A stretch of 64,000 nucleotides of DNA from Betaproteobacteria bacterium (lineage in GTDB: Bacteria; Pseudomonadota; Gammaproteobacteria; Burkholderiales; Ferrovaceae): NCBI GenBank assembly GCA_028868905.1, contig JAGWTQ010000001.1, forward strand, positions 684 to 64,683, given 5' to 3'. The position numbers and the translations under genes are program-made. Under the pieces are notes generated by a model. It saw nothing but the letters and a program-made list of their open reading frames with translations, had not been told where the DNA came from and ran no database searches. The first letter of the stretch is position 1; each line of letters starts with the position of its first letter. Shown here piece by piece: positions 10,221 to 22,153 of this stretch.

Positions 10221-12079
10221 GGAGAGGCCACCTCGGCCAGCGGTTCCAGGACCTGCTCCAGCTGGCAGACCAAAGTCAGTTCCCACAGGTCCAGGCGTTC
10301 CACTGCCAGCCGTACCAGGGTTCCGGCGGGCAGATGGCCGGCTCCATGCACTTTCACCACGAGCGGCAGCCCGGCCAGCCGCGCCGATCCTTCCCGCAGC
10401 ATCATGGCATCGGTTGTCCGCACCTGCTCCTGCTGCAGCCATCTCAGACACCAGTAGCGTTCCATGCTGCGCTGGAACTCGGCGTAAGCCTCATAGGCCA
10501 TCTCGAAAGTCCTCGCAATCGAGAAAAGCTCACTCCCTTCCGCCGTAAAACAGGGAGGAGCCCCTTCCACGAAGCGGATCAATTGCCACTGGTTGACCAG
10601 GTCCACGTACCGGCGCAAGGGCGAACTGGACCAGGCATACTGCGCCACGCCCAGTCCCTGGTGCGGAGCCGGCTCGGACGAAAGCCCCGTCTTGCCATTG
10701 ACCTGGGTCCGGTACAGGGCGGGAATTCCTGCTGCGGCCAGCGTTCCTCCCCAGGACGAATTGACTTCGATCATGAGTTCGGACACCAGTGTGTCCAAAG
10801 GCGAACCGCGCGGCCGCTCCGTGATGGTCACGCGCTCCCCTTCCACTACGAAATTGAAATCGTAGTAGCGCTGGGGCGGACGATCCTTCACCCCCCGCCG
10901 GTTGGCGAGCTGATCGGCCAGTCGCCATAACAGGCGCAGCCGCTCATGAAAGGGGTGAGGGCCTTCTTCCTGCAGGGGATCGAACACCGGTTCCACTTCA
11001 TGCAGGCGCAGATTCTTTTCCACAAAAACCCGTTCGATGCGCGTGATGCGATCCACGACCTCGAAATCGTCCTTGCGAACCGTCAACACCAGGGACAGTG
11101 CGGGGGTGGCCCGGCCTTCCAGGAGCGTATGCGCCTGGATGGCCTGCTCCGGCAACATGGAGATCTTGTCGCCCGGCATGTAAACGGTGGACAGACGTTC
11201 CCGGGCCAGCGCATCCAGCGGAGAGCCTGGCTCGAAGCCAAGACCCGGCGCCGCGATGTGAATACCCACTTGCCAGCAACCCTCCGGCCCTTCTGCAATG
11301 CTGAAGGCGTCATCGATTTCCGTGGTGAATGCGTCGTCGATGCTGAATGCCGGCGCATCGGCCAGCGGCCAGCGGGAAAAATCCTGCGCCAGGGGATACT
11401 GTGCGTCGGCGGGCAACGGGCCGAAGTATTCGAACTGGAAGCGGCCTTCGTGCCAGGCCCGGCTGTCGCGCAGGGTCCCGCAGCGAGCCAGCAACTGGGG
11501 AATCGGAAGATGCAGCGCGGCGCTCGCAGCTTCCAGCGTCTTGTAAGCCCAGGTATTTTTGTCCGGCCGGTAGAGCAGGGCAGGCAGCCCTTCCGCGAGC
11601 CAGGCTGGCAATACCCCGGCGCGAATCGCCTCGATGGCCTCCTGTTTCTGGATCTCCTGCTGCCGCTTGCGTTCGAGGCCAGCCAGGGCCGCGCGCAGGT
11701 TGGCTTCCGGCGCCGGACGAAAACGGCCGTGCCCCTTGCGGTAGAAATACATGGGTGCCGCGTACAGGCAGATCAGGACAGCGGCCTGTTCGACCGGATC
11801 CGGCTTGTGGCCCATATAGTCCTCAGCCAGCAGGTCAAATCCTACTTCTGCATCAGGCGTGCACGCCGACCAGAGCAGCTCCACATCGATGTCTGCGGCC
11901 AACGCCTGGGCCGCTTGCAGGAGTTCGCCTGCCGCAGGGTGCTCGAAGCGCAACAGCACGGCACTGGCCTTGATTTTGCTGCGCTTGCCGTGAGGGGCTT
12001 CCACCTGCAGACTCTGGGCGTTGTCCGCGAGCACGGAAGCCACCTTCAGTTCGCCGCTTTCTTCGTAAAACACGTTCAT
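10217..12079 (-). CDS. RNB-domain 3'-5' exoribonuclease (RNase II/R family)
   Basis: 620 aa. The central region has the RNB catalytic stretch (IDDAFTTEIDDAFS) and the conserved C-terminal RNB motif SSPLRRYVDLVNQ. Confidence 0.85.
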   Translation of the reverse strand: MNVFYEESGELKVASVLADNAQSLQVEAPHGKRSKIKASAVLLRFEHPAAGELLQAAQALAADIDVELLWSACTPDAEVGFDLLAEDYMGHKPDPVEQAAVLICLYAAPMYFYRKGHGRFRPAPEANLRAALAGLERKRQQEIQKQEAIEAIRAGVLPAWLAEGLPALLYRPDKNTWAYKTLEAASAALHLPIPQLLARCGTLRDSRAWHEGRFQFEYFGPLPADAQYPLAQDFSRWPLADAPAFSIDDAFTTEIDDAFSIAEGPEGCWQVGIHIAAPGLGFEPGSPLDALARERLSTVYMPGDKISMLPEQAIQAHTLLEGRATPALSLVLTVRKDDFEVVDRITRIERVFVEKNLRLHEVEPVFDPLQEEGPHPFHERLRLLWRLADQLANRRGVKDRPPQRYYDFNFVVEGERVTITERPRGSPLDTLVSELMIEVNSSWGGTLAAAGIPALYRTQVNGKTGLSSEPAPHQGLGVAQYAWSSSPLRRYVDLVNQWQLIRFVEGAPPCFTAEGSELFSIARTFEMAYEAYAEFQRSMERYWCLRWLQQEQVRTTDAMMLREGSARLAGLPLVVKVHGAGHLPAGTLVRLAVERLDLWELTLVCQLEQVLEPLAEVASP

Positions 12080-13473
12080 GACGTCGCCCGCTCTCCTGCC
12101 AGGCGTTTCAGGATCCTGTCGTGGATGCCTCCGAAACTGCCGTTACTCATCACCAGCACCTGATCGCCAGGACGTGCCTCATTGGCAACGGCCTCAACAA
12201 GGGAATCAAGATCATCGATAGCAAGCGCTCGCTTTCCAAGTACTTTCAAGGCGGTCGCCGCATCCCAGCCCAGTTGTGCCGAATAGCAGAACACCCGGTC
12301 TGCCCCTTCCAGGCTCTGACCCAGGGCATCGGCCCAGACCCCCAGCTTCATGGTGTTCGAACGGGGTTCGATGACGGCCAAAATGCGCGACCCGGAACCC
12401 ACCTTGCGGCGCAGGCCTTCCACGGTGGTCCGGATGGCGGTTGGATGGTGGGCAAAATCATCGTACAGGGTAATTCCCTGTACCGTGCCGCGCACTTCCA
12501 TGCGGCGTTTCACACCCCGGAAACGGGCCAGCGATTCCAGACCCTGGTTGAGCGGAATGCCGGCGAAGCCGGCTGCGAGCAATGCCGCCAGGGCATTCTG
12601 CCGGTTGTGTTCCCCCAGCAGCGGCCAGGAACCGAGCACTCCAAGCGGCACGCCGCGGTGCAGCACCGTCAGCGTTCCGGGGAGGTCGTCGTCGGCAACG
12701 TCCCAGTCTTGCGACCGCCCAAACCATTCCAGCGGCGTCCAGCAGCCCCGGTCCAGCACCCGCTGCAGGGCTTCGTCCCGCCCGTTGACCACGAGCAGGC
12801 CATTGCGGGGAACCGTCCGCACCAAGTGGTGGAACTGGGTTTCGATGGCGGCAAGATCCGGAAAAATGTCTGCATGGTCGTACTCCAGGTTGTTGAGAAT
12901 GGCCACCTGGGGTCGGTAATGCACAAATTTGGAGCGCTTGTCGAAAAAAGCCGTGTCGTACTCGTCCGCCTCGATGACGAACCAGGGGCGGGCGGCCGCC
13001 TGAGCCGTCTTCCCCCAGGCGCCAGGCAACCGTGCCGAGGCCGTGAAGTTTCCCGGAACGCCGCCGATGAGAAAACCGGGCTGCAGCCCGGCTGCCTCGA
13101 AAAGCCAGGCCGCGAGGGACGCCGTGGTGGTTTTTCCGTGGGTTCCTGCCACGGCCAACACGCGACAATGATTGAGAATGTGGTCCGCCAGCCATTGTGG
13201 TCCGGACACATAGGGCAGCCCCCGTTCCAGAATCGCTTCCATGAGCGGATTGCCGCGCGAAACCACATTGCCGATCACAAACAGGTCCGGTGCCAGGTCC
13301 AGCTGCCCTTCATCGAACCCTTCAATGAGGGCGATGCCCTGCTGCTCGAGCTGGGTGCTCATGGGCGGATAAACCTGCGCATCGCATCCGGTGACCCGGT
13401 AGCCTGCCGCCTGGGCAAGCACCGCCACGCCCCCCATGAAAGTTCCGCATATCCCCAGAATGTGGATGTGCAC
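12076..13473 (-). CDS. mpl: UDP-N-acetylmuramate:L-alanyl-gamma-D-glutamyl-meso-diaminopimelate ligase
   Basis: GTG start giving (M)HIHILGICGTFMGG, Mur-ligase P-loop GTHGKTTT, and EADEYDTAFFDKRSKF typical of Mpl. The longer track ORF (to 13671) overlaps metH. Confidence 0.9.
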   Translation of the reverse strand: MHIHILGICGTFMGGVAVLAQAAGYRVTGCDAQVYPPMSTQLEQQGIALIEGFDEGQLDLAPDLFVIGNVVSRGNPLMEAILERGLPYVSGPQWLADHILNHCRVLAVAGTHGKTTTASLAAWLFEAAGLQPGFLIGGVPGNFTASARLPGAWGKTAQAAARPWFVIEADEYDTAFFDKRSKFVHYRPQVAILNNLEYDHADIFPDLAAIETQFHHLVRTVPRNGLLVVNGRDEALQRVLDRGCWTPLEWFGRSQDWDVADDDLPGTLTVLHRGVPLGVLGSWPLLGEHNRQNALAALLAAGFAGIPLNQGLESLARFRGVKRRMEVRGTVQGITLYDDFAHHPTAIRTTVEGLRRKVGSGSRILAVIEPRSNTMKLGVWADALGQSLEGADRVFCYSAQLGWDAATALKVLGKRALAIDDLDSLVEAVANEARPGDQVLVMSNGSFGGIHDRILKRLAGERATS

Positions 13474-13490
13474 GGCTTTTTCCGGAATGT

Positions 13491-16400
13491 TCACGACCGC
13501 GCGCCGGGTTCGTAACCCAGGTTCGGAGCCAGCCAGCGTTCGGCCACATCGACCGCCATGCCTTTGCGGCGCGCGTAATCTTCCACCTGGTCGCGACCCA
13601 CCTTGCCCACGGCGAAATAGGTGCTGTCCGGATGGGAGAAATAAAATCCGCTGACTGCCGCGGTAGGCCACATGGCATAGCTTTCCGTCAGGGTGATGCC
13701 GGCCTGTCGCTCTGCCTCGAGCAGGTCGAACAACGTCCGCTTTTCCGTATGATCCGGGCAGGCCGGATAGCCGGGCGCCGGACGGATGCCACGGTAGCGC
13801 TCGGCAATCAGGGCTTCATTGTCCAGTCGCTCTTCCGGTGCGTAGCCCCAGAATTCGCGGCGCACGCGGGTATGCAGCCATTCCGCAAAAGCTTCCGCCA
13901 GGCGGTCGGCCAGGGCCTTGAGCATGATGGCATTGTAGTCGTCATGACGGGCCTCGAATTCGGCCAGCTTGACTTCGATGCCCAGGCCGGCCGTCACCGC
14001 AAAAGCCCCGATATGGTCCTGAATCCCCGTGCTTTCGGGCGCCACAAAATCAGCCAGGCAGAGGTTGTGCCGGTCGGCCGGTTTCTCGTTCTGCTGCCTC
14101 AGGAAATGCAGCACAGCCACGGTCTGGCGGCGGGTTTCATCCGCGTAGAGCGCCACGTCGTCGCCCGCCCCCACCGTGGCGGCAGGGAAAAAAGCGACCA
14201 CGCCGCTGGCCTTGAGCCAGCGTTCGGCGATCAGCTGCCTGAGCATGGCCTGCGCATCGGCAAACAGGTTGCGGGCCGCTTCACCCACGGTTTCATCCTG
14301 CAGGATGGCGGGATAGCGTCCGGTCAGTTCCCAGGTCTGGAAAAAAGGCGTCCAGTCGATGAAGGGGACCAGCTCCTCCAGGGGCACGTCGGGCAGCGGC
14401 CTGACCCCCAGGAATGCCGGCACTGGCGGATGATAGACGGCCCAGTCCGTTTTCAGGCCGCGCTGGCGAACGGTCGCCAGCTCCAGCAGGGTTCCCTGGC
14501 CCTTTTTTCCTTCGTGCAGGGTCCTGACTTTTTTCATGTCCGCTTTCAGGTCACGGATGTAGTTCTCGCGCAGTTCCGTGCTCAACAACTGGGTGCAAAC
14601 ACCCACCGCGCGTGATGCGTCCGGCACGTAGACCGTGGGACCGTGGTAACAGGGTTCGATCTTGACCGCCGTGTGGACGCGGGACGTAGTGGCGCCTCCG
14701 ATCAGCAGCGGGAGGTCGAACCCTTCGCGCTGCATTTCCCGGGCCACATGGGACATTTCTTCGAGAGACGGGGTAATGAGCCCGGAAAGACCGATGATGT
14801 CAGCCCGCTCATCGCGGGCCACCTGCAAGATTTTCTCGCACGGCACCATCACGCCCAGGTTCACCACATCGAAGTTGTTGCATTGGAGCACGACCGCCAC
14901 GATGTTTTTTCCGATGTCATGCACATCGCCCTTGACCGTGGCCAGCACGATTTTGCCTTTGGAACGGGATTGGCTGGATTGCTGCTTTTCCGCTTCAATG
15001 AACGGCACCAGGTGCGCCACGGCCTGCTTCATGACACGCGCCGACTTGACCACCTGGGGCAGGAACATTTTCCCGGCACCGAACAGGTCGCCCACCACGT
15101 TCATGCCATCCATGAGCGGGCCTTCGATGACCTGGATGGGCCGTTCGCTCTGAAGCCGCGCTTCCTCGGCATCCTCGACGATGTAGGTGTCGATGCCCTT
15201 GACCAGGGCATGGGCCAGCCGTTCGCGAACCGGCGCCGCACGCCAGGACAAATCCTCTCCCTGGCTGCGGGAGGCGCCGCCCTTGACCTGGCTGGCAAAA
15301 GCCACCATGCGCTCGGCGGCATCAGGACGGCGGTTGAGGATGATGTCTTCCACGTGCTCCAGCAGGTCCTGGGGAATATCCGCATACACCCCAAGCTGCC
15401 CGGCGTTGACGATGCCCATCGTCATGCCGGCCCGGATGGCATGGTAGAGGAAGGCCGTGTGGATGGCCTCGCGCACCCGGTCGTTGCCCCGGAACGAGAA
15501 GCTCACGTTGGAAACGCCACCGCTCACCTTGGCATGGGGCAAGGTCTGTCGGATGATGCGCGTGGCCTCGATGAAATCGAGGGCGTAGCGGTTGTGTTCT
15601 TCGATGCCGGTGGCAATGGCAAAAATGTTGGGATCAAAAATGATGTCTTCGGGTTTGAATCCGACGCGTTCCGTCAACAGCCTGTAGGACCGGGTGCAGA
15701 TTTCCACCTTGCGCTGGAGCGTGTCTGCCTGCCCTTGTTCGTCGAACGCCATGACGATGACCGCCGCGCCATATCGCCGCACCAGCTTGGCACGGTGCAA
15801 AAACTCGGCTTCACCTTCCTTGAGACTGATGGAGTTGACGACAGGTTTGCCTTGAATGCATTTCAGGCCGGCTTCCAGCACATCCCAGTCCGATGAATCG
15901 ATCATGACGGGCACGCGGGAAATGTCCGGTTCGGAAGCCACCAGATTCAGGAAGCGCTTCATGGCCGCCCTGGAATCCAGCATGGCCTCATCCATGTTGA
16001 TGTCGATGATCTGGGCGCCGTTTTCCACCTGGCTGCGCGCCACAGTCAGGGCTTCACTGTAGTTACCGGCCAGGATCATGCGCGCAAACGCCTTGGAACC
16101 GGTGACGTTGGTGCGCTCGCCCACATTGACGAACAGGGAGTCTTCCCCGATGTTGAGGGGCTCCAGGCCGGACAGCCGGGTCATGGGGGGAATGGCGGGA
16201 ACCTGGCGCGGCGGGATGTCGCGCACGGCCTCGGCGATGGCGCGGATATGGGCCGGCGTGGTGCCGCAGCAGCCACCCACGATGTTCAGGAAACCGGATT
16301 GAGCGAATTCCTTCAGCAGTGCCGCCGTTTCCGCCGGCCCTTCGTCATAGCCGGATTCAGCCAGGGGGTTGGGCAACCCTGCGTTGGGGTGGGCGCTGAC

Positions 16401-17204
16401 ATGGGTGTCCGCAATGCGCGCCAGCTCTTCGATGTACGGCCGCATCAGGGCAGCGCCCAAGGCACAGTTGAGGCCGATGGAGAGCGGCCGGATGTGGCGC
16501 AGGGAATTCCAGAACGCTTCCGTGGTCTGGCCGGTGAGGGTGCGCCCGCTCTGATCCGTGATCGTTCCGGAAATCATCACGGGCATGCGCAGCCCCTGCG
16601 TTTCGAAATAATCGTCGATGGCAAACAGCGCCGCCTTGGCGTTAAGCGTATCAAACACCGTTTCCACCAGCAGGATCTGGGCTCCGCCCGCCACCAGCCC
16701 TTCAATGGCTTCGCGATAGACCCCGACCAGGGTGTCGAAATCGACGTTCCTGAAACCCGGATCGTTGACATCGGGCGAAATGGACGCGGTGCGCGTGGTG
16801 GGTCCCAGCACGCCAGCCACGAAGCGCGGTTTTTGCGGGGTCCTGCGGGTGGCTTCGTCCGCCACTTCCCGTGCCAGTGCCGCCGCCGTGCGGTTGATTT
16901 CTCCCACCAGATGCGCCATGCGGTAATCTTCCATGGACACCGCATTGGCATTGAAGGTATTGGTTTCGATGATGTCCGCGCCCGCATCCAGGTAGGCCTG
17001 GTGGATGCCGCGGATGATTGCGGGCTGGGTCAGCACCAGCAGGTCGTTGTTTCCCCTGAGATCGTGGGGAAAGTCCCGGAACCGTTCTCCACGGTAATCC
17101 GCTTCGCTGAGTTTGTGTCCCTGGATCATGGTGCCCATGGCACCGTCCAGCATCAGGATGCGTTCCTGCAACAGGGAATGTAAAAGGGGCGTGATATCGG
17201 ACAT
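13491..17204 (-). CDS. metH: Cobalamin-dependent methionine synthase
   Basis: 1237 aa with Hcy-binding, pterin-binding, B12-binding ([11 protein letters not shown]) and AdoMet-activation modules in the canonical order. Confidence 0.97.
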   Translation of the reverse strand: MSDITPLLHSLLQERILMLDGAMGTMIQGHKLSEADYRGERFRDFPHDLRGNNDLLVLTQPAIIRGIHQAYLDAGADIIETNTFNANAVSMEDYRMAHLVGEINRTAAALAREVADEATRRTPQKPRFVAGVLGPTTRTASISPDVNDPGFRNVDFDTLVGVYREAIEGLVAGGAQILLVETVFDTLNAKAALFAIDDYFETQGLRMPVMISGTITDQSGRTLTGQTTEAFWNSLRHIRPLSIGLNCALGAALMRPYIEELARIADTHVSAHPNAGLPNPLAESGYDEGPAETAALLKEFAQSGFLNIVGGCCGTTPAHIRAIAEAVRDIPPRQVPAIPPMTRLSGLEPLNIGEDSLFVNVGERTNVTGSKAFARMILAGNYSEALTVARSQVENGAQIIDINMDEAMLDSRAAMKRFLNLVASEPDISRVPVMIDSSDWDVLEAGLKCIQGKPVVNSISLKEGEAEFLHRAKLVRRYGAAVIVMAFDEQGQADTLQRKVEICTRSYRLLTERVGFKPEDIIFDPNIFAIATGIEEHNRYALDFIEATRIIRQTLPHAKVSGGVSNVSFSFRGNDRVREAIHTAFLYHAIRAGMTMGIVNAGQLGVYADIPQDLLEHVEDIILNRRPDAAERMVAFASQVKGGASRSQGEDLSWRAAPVRERLAHALVKGIDTYIVEDAEEARLQSERPIQVIEGPLMDGMNVVGDLFGAGKMFLPQVVKSARVMKQAVAHLVPFIEAEKQQSSQSRSKGKIVLATVKGDVHDIGKNIVAVVLQCNNFDVVNLGVMVPCEKILQVARDERADIIGLSGLITPSLEEMSHVAREMQREGFDLPLLIGGATTSRVHTAVKIEPCYHGPTVYVPDASRAVGVCTQLLSTELRENYIRDLKADMKKVRTLHEGKKGQGTLLELATVRQRGLKTDWAVYHPPVPAFLGVRPLPDVPLEELVPFIDWTPFFQTWELTGRYPAILQDETVGEAARNLFADAQAMLRQLIAERWLKASGVVAFFPAATVGAGDDVALYADETRRQTVAVLHFLRQQNEKPADRHNLCLADFVAPESTGIQDHIGAFAVTAGLGIEVKLAEFEARHDDYNAIMLKALADRLAEAFAEWLHTRVRREFWGYAPEERLDNEALIAERYRGIRPAPGYPACPDHTEKRTLFDLLEAERQAGITLTESYAMWPTAAVSGFYFSHPDSTYFAVGKVGRDQVEDYARRKGMAVDVAERWLAPNLGYEPGARS

Positions 17205-17262
17205 AGGCCCGATATGCTACCACGAGGGCCGGTCATCCTTCCTGTCCGGCAGGCCTGCCGGC

Positions 17263-17291
17263 ATAAAAAAGGGGCGCCCCATGGACGCCCC
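17263..17291 (-). terminator. Rho-independent terminator downstream of amtB
   Basis: Minus strand reads GGGGCGTCC-ATG-GGGCGCCCC followed by TTTTTTAT, 26 nt after the amtB stop. A second GC palindrome (CCGGCAGG/CCTGCCGG, 17246-17261) follows. Confidence 0.6.
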
Positions 17292-17316
17292 AAGCCCTTG
17301 ACGGTGGAGGACAAAT

Positions 17317-18729
17317 TTACTCGACACGTTCTCCGTGCAACGCGAGGTCGAGGCCTTCGCGCTCTTCTTCTTCGGTCACGCGCAGACCGATGACCATGTC
17401 GATGACTTTGAGGATGATGAAGGACATCACGAAGCCGTACACCAGGGTGACGGAAACGCCCAGCGCCTGCGTCATCAGGCTGCCGTCCGCCCCGCTGATT
17501 TCCTTCACGTTGAACACGCCGGTCAGCAAGGCCCCCACAATGCCGCCGACACAATGCACGCCGAAGGCATCCAGGGAGTCGTCGTAGCCCAGCAGATGCT
17601 TGAGGCTGGTCGCTGCCCAGAAGCAGATGACGCCGGCGGCAATGCCGATGGCCAGCGCACCGCCCGTGGCCACGAAACCGGAAGCCGGGGTGATGGCGAC
17701 GAGACCTGCCACGGCACCGGACGCGATGCCCAGAACGCTCGGCTTTCCTTTGGTCATCCATTCGGCAAACATCCAGGACAGCGCGGCTGCAGCGGTTGCC
17801 ACCTGGGTCACGGTCATGGCCATTCCGGCACGACCGTCAGCCGCCACGGCAGAGCCGGCGTTGAAGCCGAACCAGCCCACCCACAGCAGCGAGGCGCCAA
17901 TCACGGTCAGTGCCAGGTTGTGGGGTGCCATGGGTTCCTTGCCGTAGCCCACGCGTTTGCCCATGACCAGTGCTGCCGCAAGACCCGCGACCCCGGCATT
18001 GATGTGCACCACGGTACCGCCCGCAAAGTCCAGCACCCCTTTGCCGGCCAGCCAGCCGCCCGGCTCCCAGACCCAGTGTGCGATGGGGGAATACACCACC
18101 AGGGACCAGATGCCCATGAACCAGAGCATGGCGGAGAATTTCATGCGTTCGGCAAAGGCACCCGCGATCAGGGCCGGCGTGATGATGGCAAACGTCATCT
18201 GGAACATCATGTAAACCGACTCGGGAATGGTGGTCGCCGCGTGGTGCACCATGACCTTCTTCGCTTCGTTCTGGTAGAGCATGCCGTTGAGCATGAACCG
18301 GCTCAAGCCGCCCAGCCATTCGGAACCCGGCATGAAGGCCAGGCTGTACCCCACTACCACCCACAGGACGGTCACCAGGGAACAGATCGCGAAGCTTTGC
18401 ATGAGTGTCGCCAGAACGTTTTTCTTGCGCACCATGCCACCATAGAAAAGAGCCAACCCCGGGATCGTCATGAGCAGCACGAGCGCCGTGGAACTCAGCA
18501 TCCAGGCCGTATCGCCGGAATTGATCTTGTCGGTGCCCACCAGGAACGGCTTGGTGGGGGCAGCATCGGCGGCCGGCGCCGCAGCGGGAGCCGCAGGCGC
18601 AGCCGTGGCAGCCGCGGCGGCCGGTGCTGCAGCCGGAGCGGGCGCGTCGTCGGCCAGGGCATGACCCGACCCGATGGACAAGGCCGTGACCAGCAGCAGG
18701 GCCTTGAGCGTGTTCAACAATGTTTTCAT
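17317..18729 (-). CDS. amtB: Ammonium transporter AmtB
   Basis: Signal peptide followed by the Amt/MEP core (TAWMLSSTALVLLMTIPGLALFYGG, DFAGGTVVHINAG, GVHCVGGIVGALLTG). It lies 12 nt downstream of glnK. Confidence 0.95.
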   Translation of the reverse strand: MKTLLNTLKALLLVTALSIGSGHALADDAPAPAAAPAAAAATAAPAAPAAAPAADAAPTKPFLVGTDKINSGDTAWMLSSTALVLLMTIPGLALFYGGMVRKKNVLATLMQSFAICSLVTVLWVVVGYSLAFMPGSEWLGGLSRFMLNGMLYQNEAKKVMVHHAATTIPESVYMMFQMTFAIITPALIAGAFAERMKFSAMLWFMGIWSLVVYSPIAHWVWEPGGWLAGKGVLDFAGGTVVHINAGVAGLAAALVMGKRVGYGKEPMAPHNLALTVIGASLLWVGWFGFNAGSAVAADGRAGMAMTVTQVATAAAALSWMFAEWMTKGKPSVLGIASGAVAGLVAITPASGFVATGGALAIGIAAGVICFWAATSLKHLLGYDDSLDAFGVHCVGGIVGALLTGVFNVKEISGADGSLMTQALGVSVTLVYGFVMSFIILKVIDMVIGLRVTEEEEREGLDLALHGERVE

Positions 18730-18741
18730 GGTGTCATCCCC

Positions 18742-20308
<1,567 letters not shown>

Positions 20309-20388
20309 TTGCTATTCTCCCTTGCTTGGTTGTTTACAATGTTTCGACTCAAGGACTCTTGGATCAAAACTGCACTCACCGAACCATA

Positions 20389-20404
20389 AGCAGGAGTTGT
20401 GCCA
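20389..20404 (-). promoter_or_regulatory. Candidate sigma54 (-24/-12) promoter for porin-glnK-amtB
   Basis: Minus strand reads TGGCAC-AACTC-CTGCT. GG and GC have the exact consensus spacing of TGGCAC-N5-TTGC. It lies about 80 nt upstream of the porin ATG. Confidence 0.55.
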
Positions 20405-20477
20405 ACTCGGAAATCAGGCTCAGGACGGCTGTAACATCGTGTTAAACGACCTGAATTCGCCGGGCGGCGCCACAATA

Positions 20478-20494
20478 TGCACCATTGCGGGGCA
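20478..20494. promoter_or_regulatory. Candidate NtrC enhancer site
   Basis: TGCACC-ATTGC-GGGGCA matches 11 of 12 positions of TGCACC-N5-GGTGCA. Its centre lies roughly 110 nt upstream of the predicted sigma54 start site. Confidence 0.45.
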
Positions 20495-20556
20495 TTTATG
20501 CGGTGAAATGGTTGATGTTAGTGCGGTGACGAAACAACTTCACAGGAAAATCGGTC

Positions 20557-20790
20557 ATGAACAGCGCTTTTATCGATGACATTGCCCGCCGGCTGAGCGA
20601 CCTGGTGGCACATACCCCGGTGGCGGATTTCGAGAAGAATGCCCGCGCCCTGCTCACCAGCTTGTTTTCCAAGGCCAATCTGGTCACGCGAGAAGAGTTC
20701 GACGCCCAGGTGAACGTGCTGGCCCGGACCCGGGAAAAACTGGCCAAACTGGAATCGAAACTGGCCGACCTGGAATCCCGCAAGGGCTAG
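20557..20790 (+). CDS. ubiK: Ubiquinone biosynthesis accessory factor UbiK (BMFP/YqiC family)
   Basis: 77-aa coiled-coil protein. LVTREEFDAQVNVLARTREKLAKLESKLADLE is the family signature. Confidence 0.8.
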   Translation: MNSAFIDDIARRLSDLVAHTPVADFEKNARALLTSLFSKANLVTREEFDAQVNVLARTREKLAKLESKLADLESRKG

Positions 20791-20794
20791 CCGG

Positions 20795-22153
20795 CTATAT
20801 TTTGAAATAGACGCTGACCTTCAGGCCGTGCCCTGCAGCACTCCGGCCAAACGCGAGCTCGGCTTCGTGCAGCCGGGCGATTTCCCGGACAATGGCAAGC
20901 CCCAGGCCGCAACCCTCCGGAAAATCGGACGCCAGCCGGTGAAACGGGGTGCCCAGGTTGGGCCATTCCGCTTCCGCCACCCCGGGACCATCGTCTTCCA
21001 CCGTCAATGCCACCCCGTCCTGTCCTTTTTTCAGGCCCACCTTCACCTGCCCGCCCGGGGGGGTGTAACGGATGGCGTTGTCGAGCAGGTTGGCGAGAAG
21101 CTCCCGCAGCATGAGGGGGCTGCCGCGGACCTGGCAGGGCTCCAGGACGAACTCCAGATCCACTCCTTTGCGTGCCGCCTGCGTCACAAAATCGGCGGAA
21201 GCTTCGCGACACACGCGTTCGAGCGATACGGCCGCCACTTCCAGCATGCTGCTTTCCGTGTGCTCCAGCCGTGCAAGCGACAGCAGCTGGTTGGCCAGGT
21301 GCGTGGTCCGGTGCGTGGTCGCCAGCAATTCGCGCAACAGCGCGCGCACGTCGGATGGCGGTTTTTCCAGCGCCACCTCGATCTGGCTGCTGAGCGATGC
21401 CAGGGGCGTGCGCAACTGGTGCGCCGCATCGGCAATGAAGCGGCGATGGCTCGCAAAAGAATCCGCCAGGTTGGCCAGCAATTCGTTGATGCCATGAACC
21501 ACCGGAAAAAGCTCTGCCGGCGCGCCGGCTTCCCCGATCGGGCGCAAATCGGCTGAAGACCGGCTCACGATCTCGTTGCGAAGCAGCTTGACCGGCGCCA
21601 GCGCGAAACGGACGCCAAACAGGATCACGGCAACGGAAACCAGGGCCAGCAGCGCTTCCGGCAAAAGAATGCTGGCAAATATTCCATCACGCAGCCGGTC
21701 GCGCCCATGCAAAGTCTGGGCAACGGCAATGAAAAAGGCGCTGCGGCCCACCTTGCCCTTCATGACTATGGCGCGATTTTCCTCGCCGTTGAGGGTCAGG
21801 TCGCGAAACTGGTGCCCGTCTTCGGCAGGCAACCCTTCGGCAGCAAACAGCCGGGGATTGCCGGAAAACACATGGCCCCGGTCGTCCCAGGCGGCATAGG
21901 TGACCCGGTCGTCGTTGTTTTCCTGCAGCATCTGCAGGGCGGCGGGAGGCAGTGCCAATTGCATTTCACCATCGCGCACCACCACCTGCTTGGACAGGTC
22001 GAGCGCATCGTCGAGCAGGCCCAGATCGTAAACATTCATGGCAGCCCGCAGGGAGAACAGATAGGCCAGCACCGAACCAGCCAGCAAAATGACGATCAGC
22101 GGGCCCAGAAGCCAGCGCAGCAGCAGCTGGTAGAGGCTAGTGCGCCGGCTCAT
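20795..22153 (-). CDS. Two-component sensor histidine kinase (TctE/QseC-like, periplasmic N-terminal sensor domain)
   Basis: Two TM segments flank a periplasmic domain. H-box FIADAAHQLRTPL and HATPase boxes (NLLDNAIRYTP, DDGPGV, GCGLGLAIV). ATG at 22153 has GGAG 8 nt upstream and overlaps the regulator's end; the track start at 22177 is TTG. Confidence 0.85.
   Translation of the reverse strand: MSRRTSLYQLLLRWLLGPLIVILLAGSVLAYLFSLRAAMNVYDLGLLDDALDLSKQVVVRDGEMQLALPPAALQMLQENNDDRVTYAAWDDRGHVFSGNPRLFAAEGLPAEDGHQFRDLTLNGEENRAIVMKGKVGRSAFFIAVAQTLHGRDRLRDGIFASILLPEALLALVSVAVILFGVRFALAPVKLLRNEIVSRSSADLRPIGEAGAPAELFPVVHGINELLANLADSFASHRRFIADAAHQLRTPLASLSSQIEVALEKPPSDVRALLRELLATTHRTTHLANQLLSLARLEHTESSMLEVAAVSLERVCREASADFVTQAARKGVDLEFVLEPCQVRGSPLMLRELLANLLDNAIRYTPPGGQVKVGLKKGQDGVALTVEDDGPGVAEAEWPNLGTPFHRLASDFPEGCGLGLAIVREIARLHEAELAFGRSAAGHGLKVSVYFKI

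Noticed and set aside
17205-17316. Possible cobalamin riboswitch or leader upstream of metH
   Set aside because: The spacer is only 112 nt, and half of it is taken by the amtB terminator hairpins. I found no B12-box-like element, and metH is not the usual riboswitch target (metE is).
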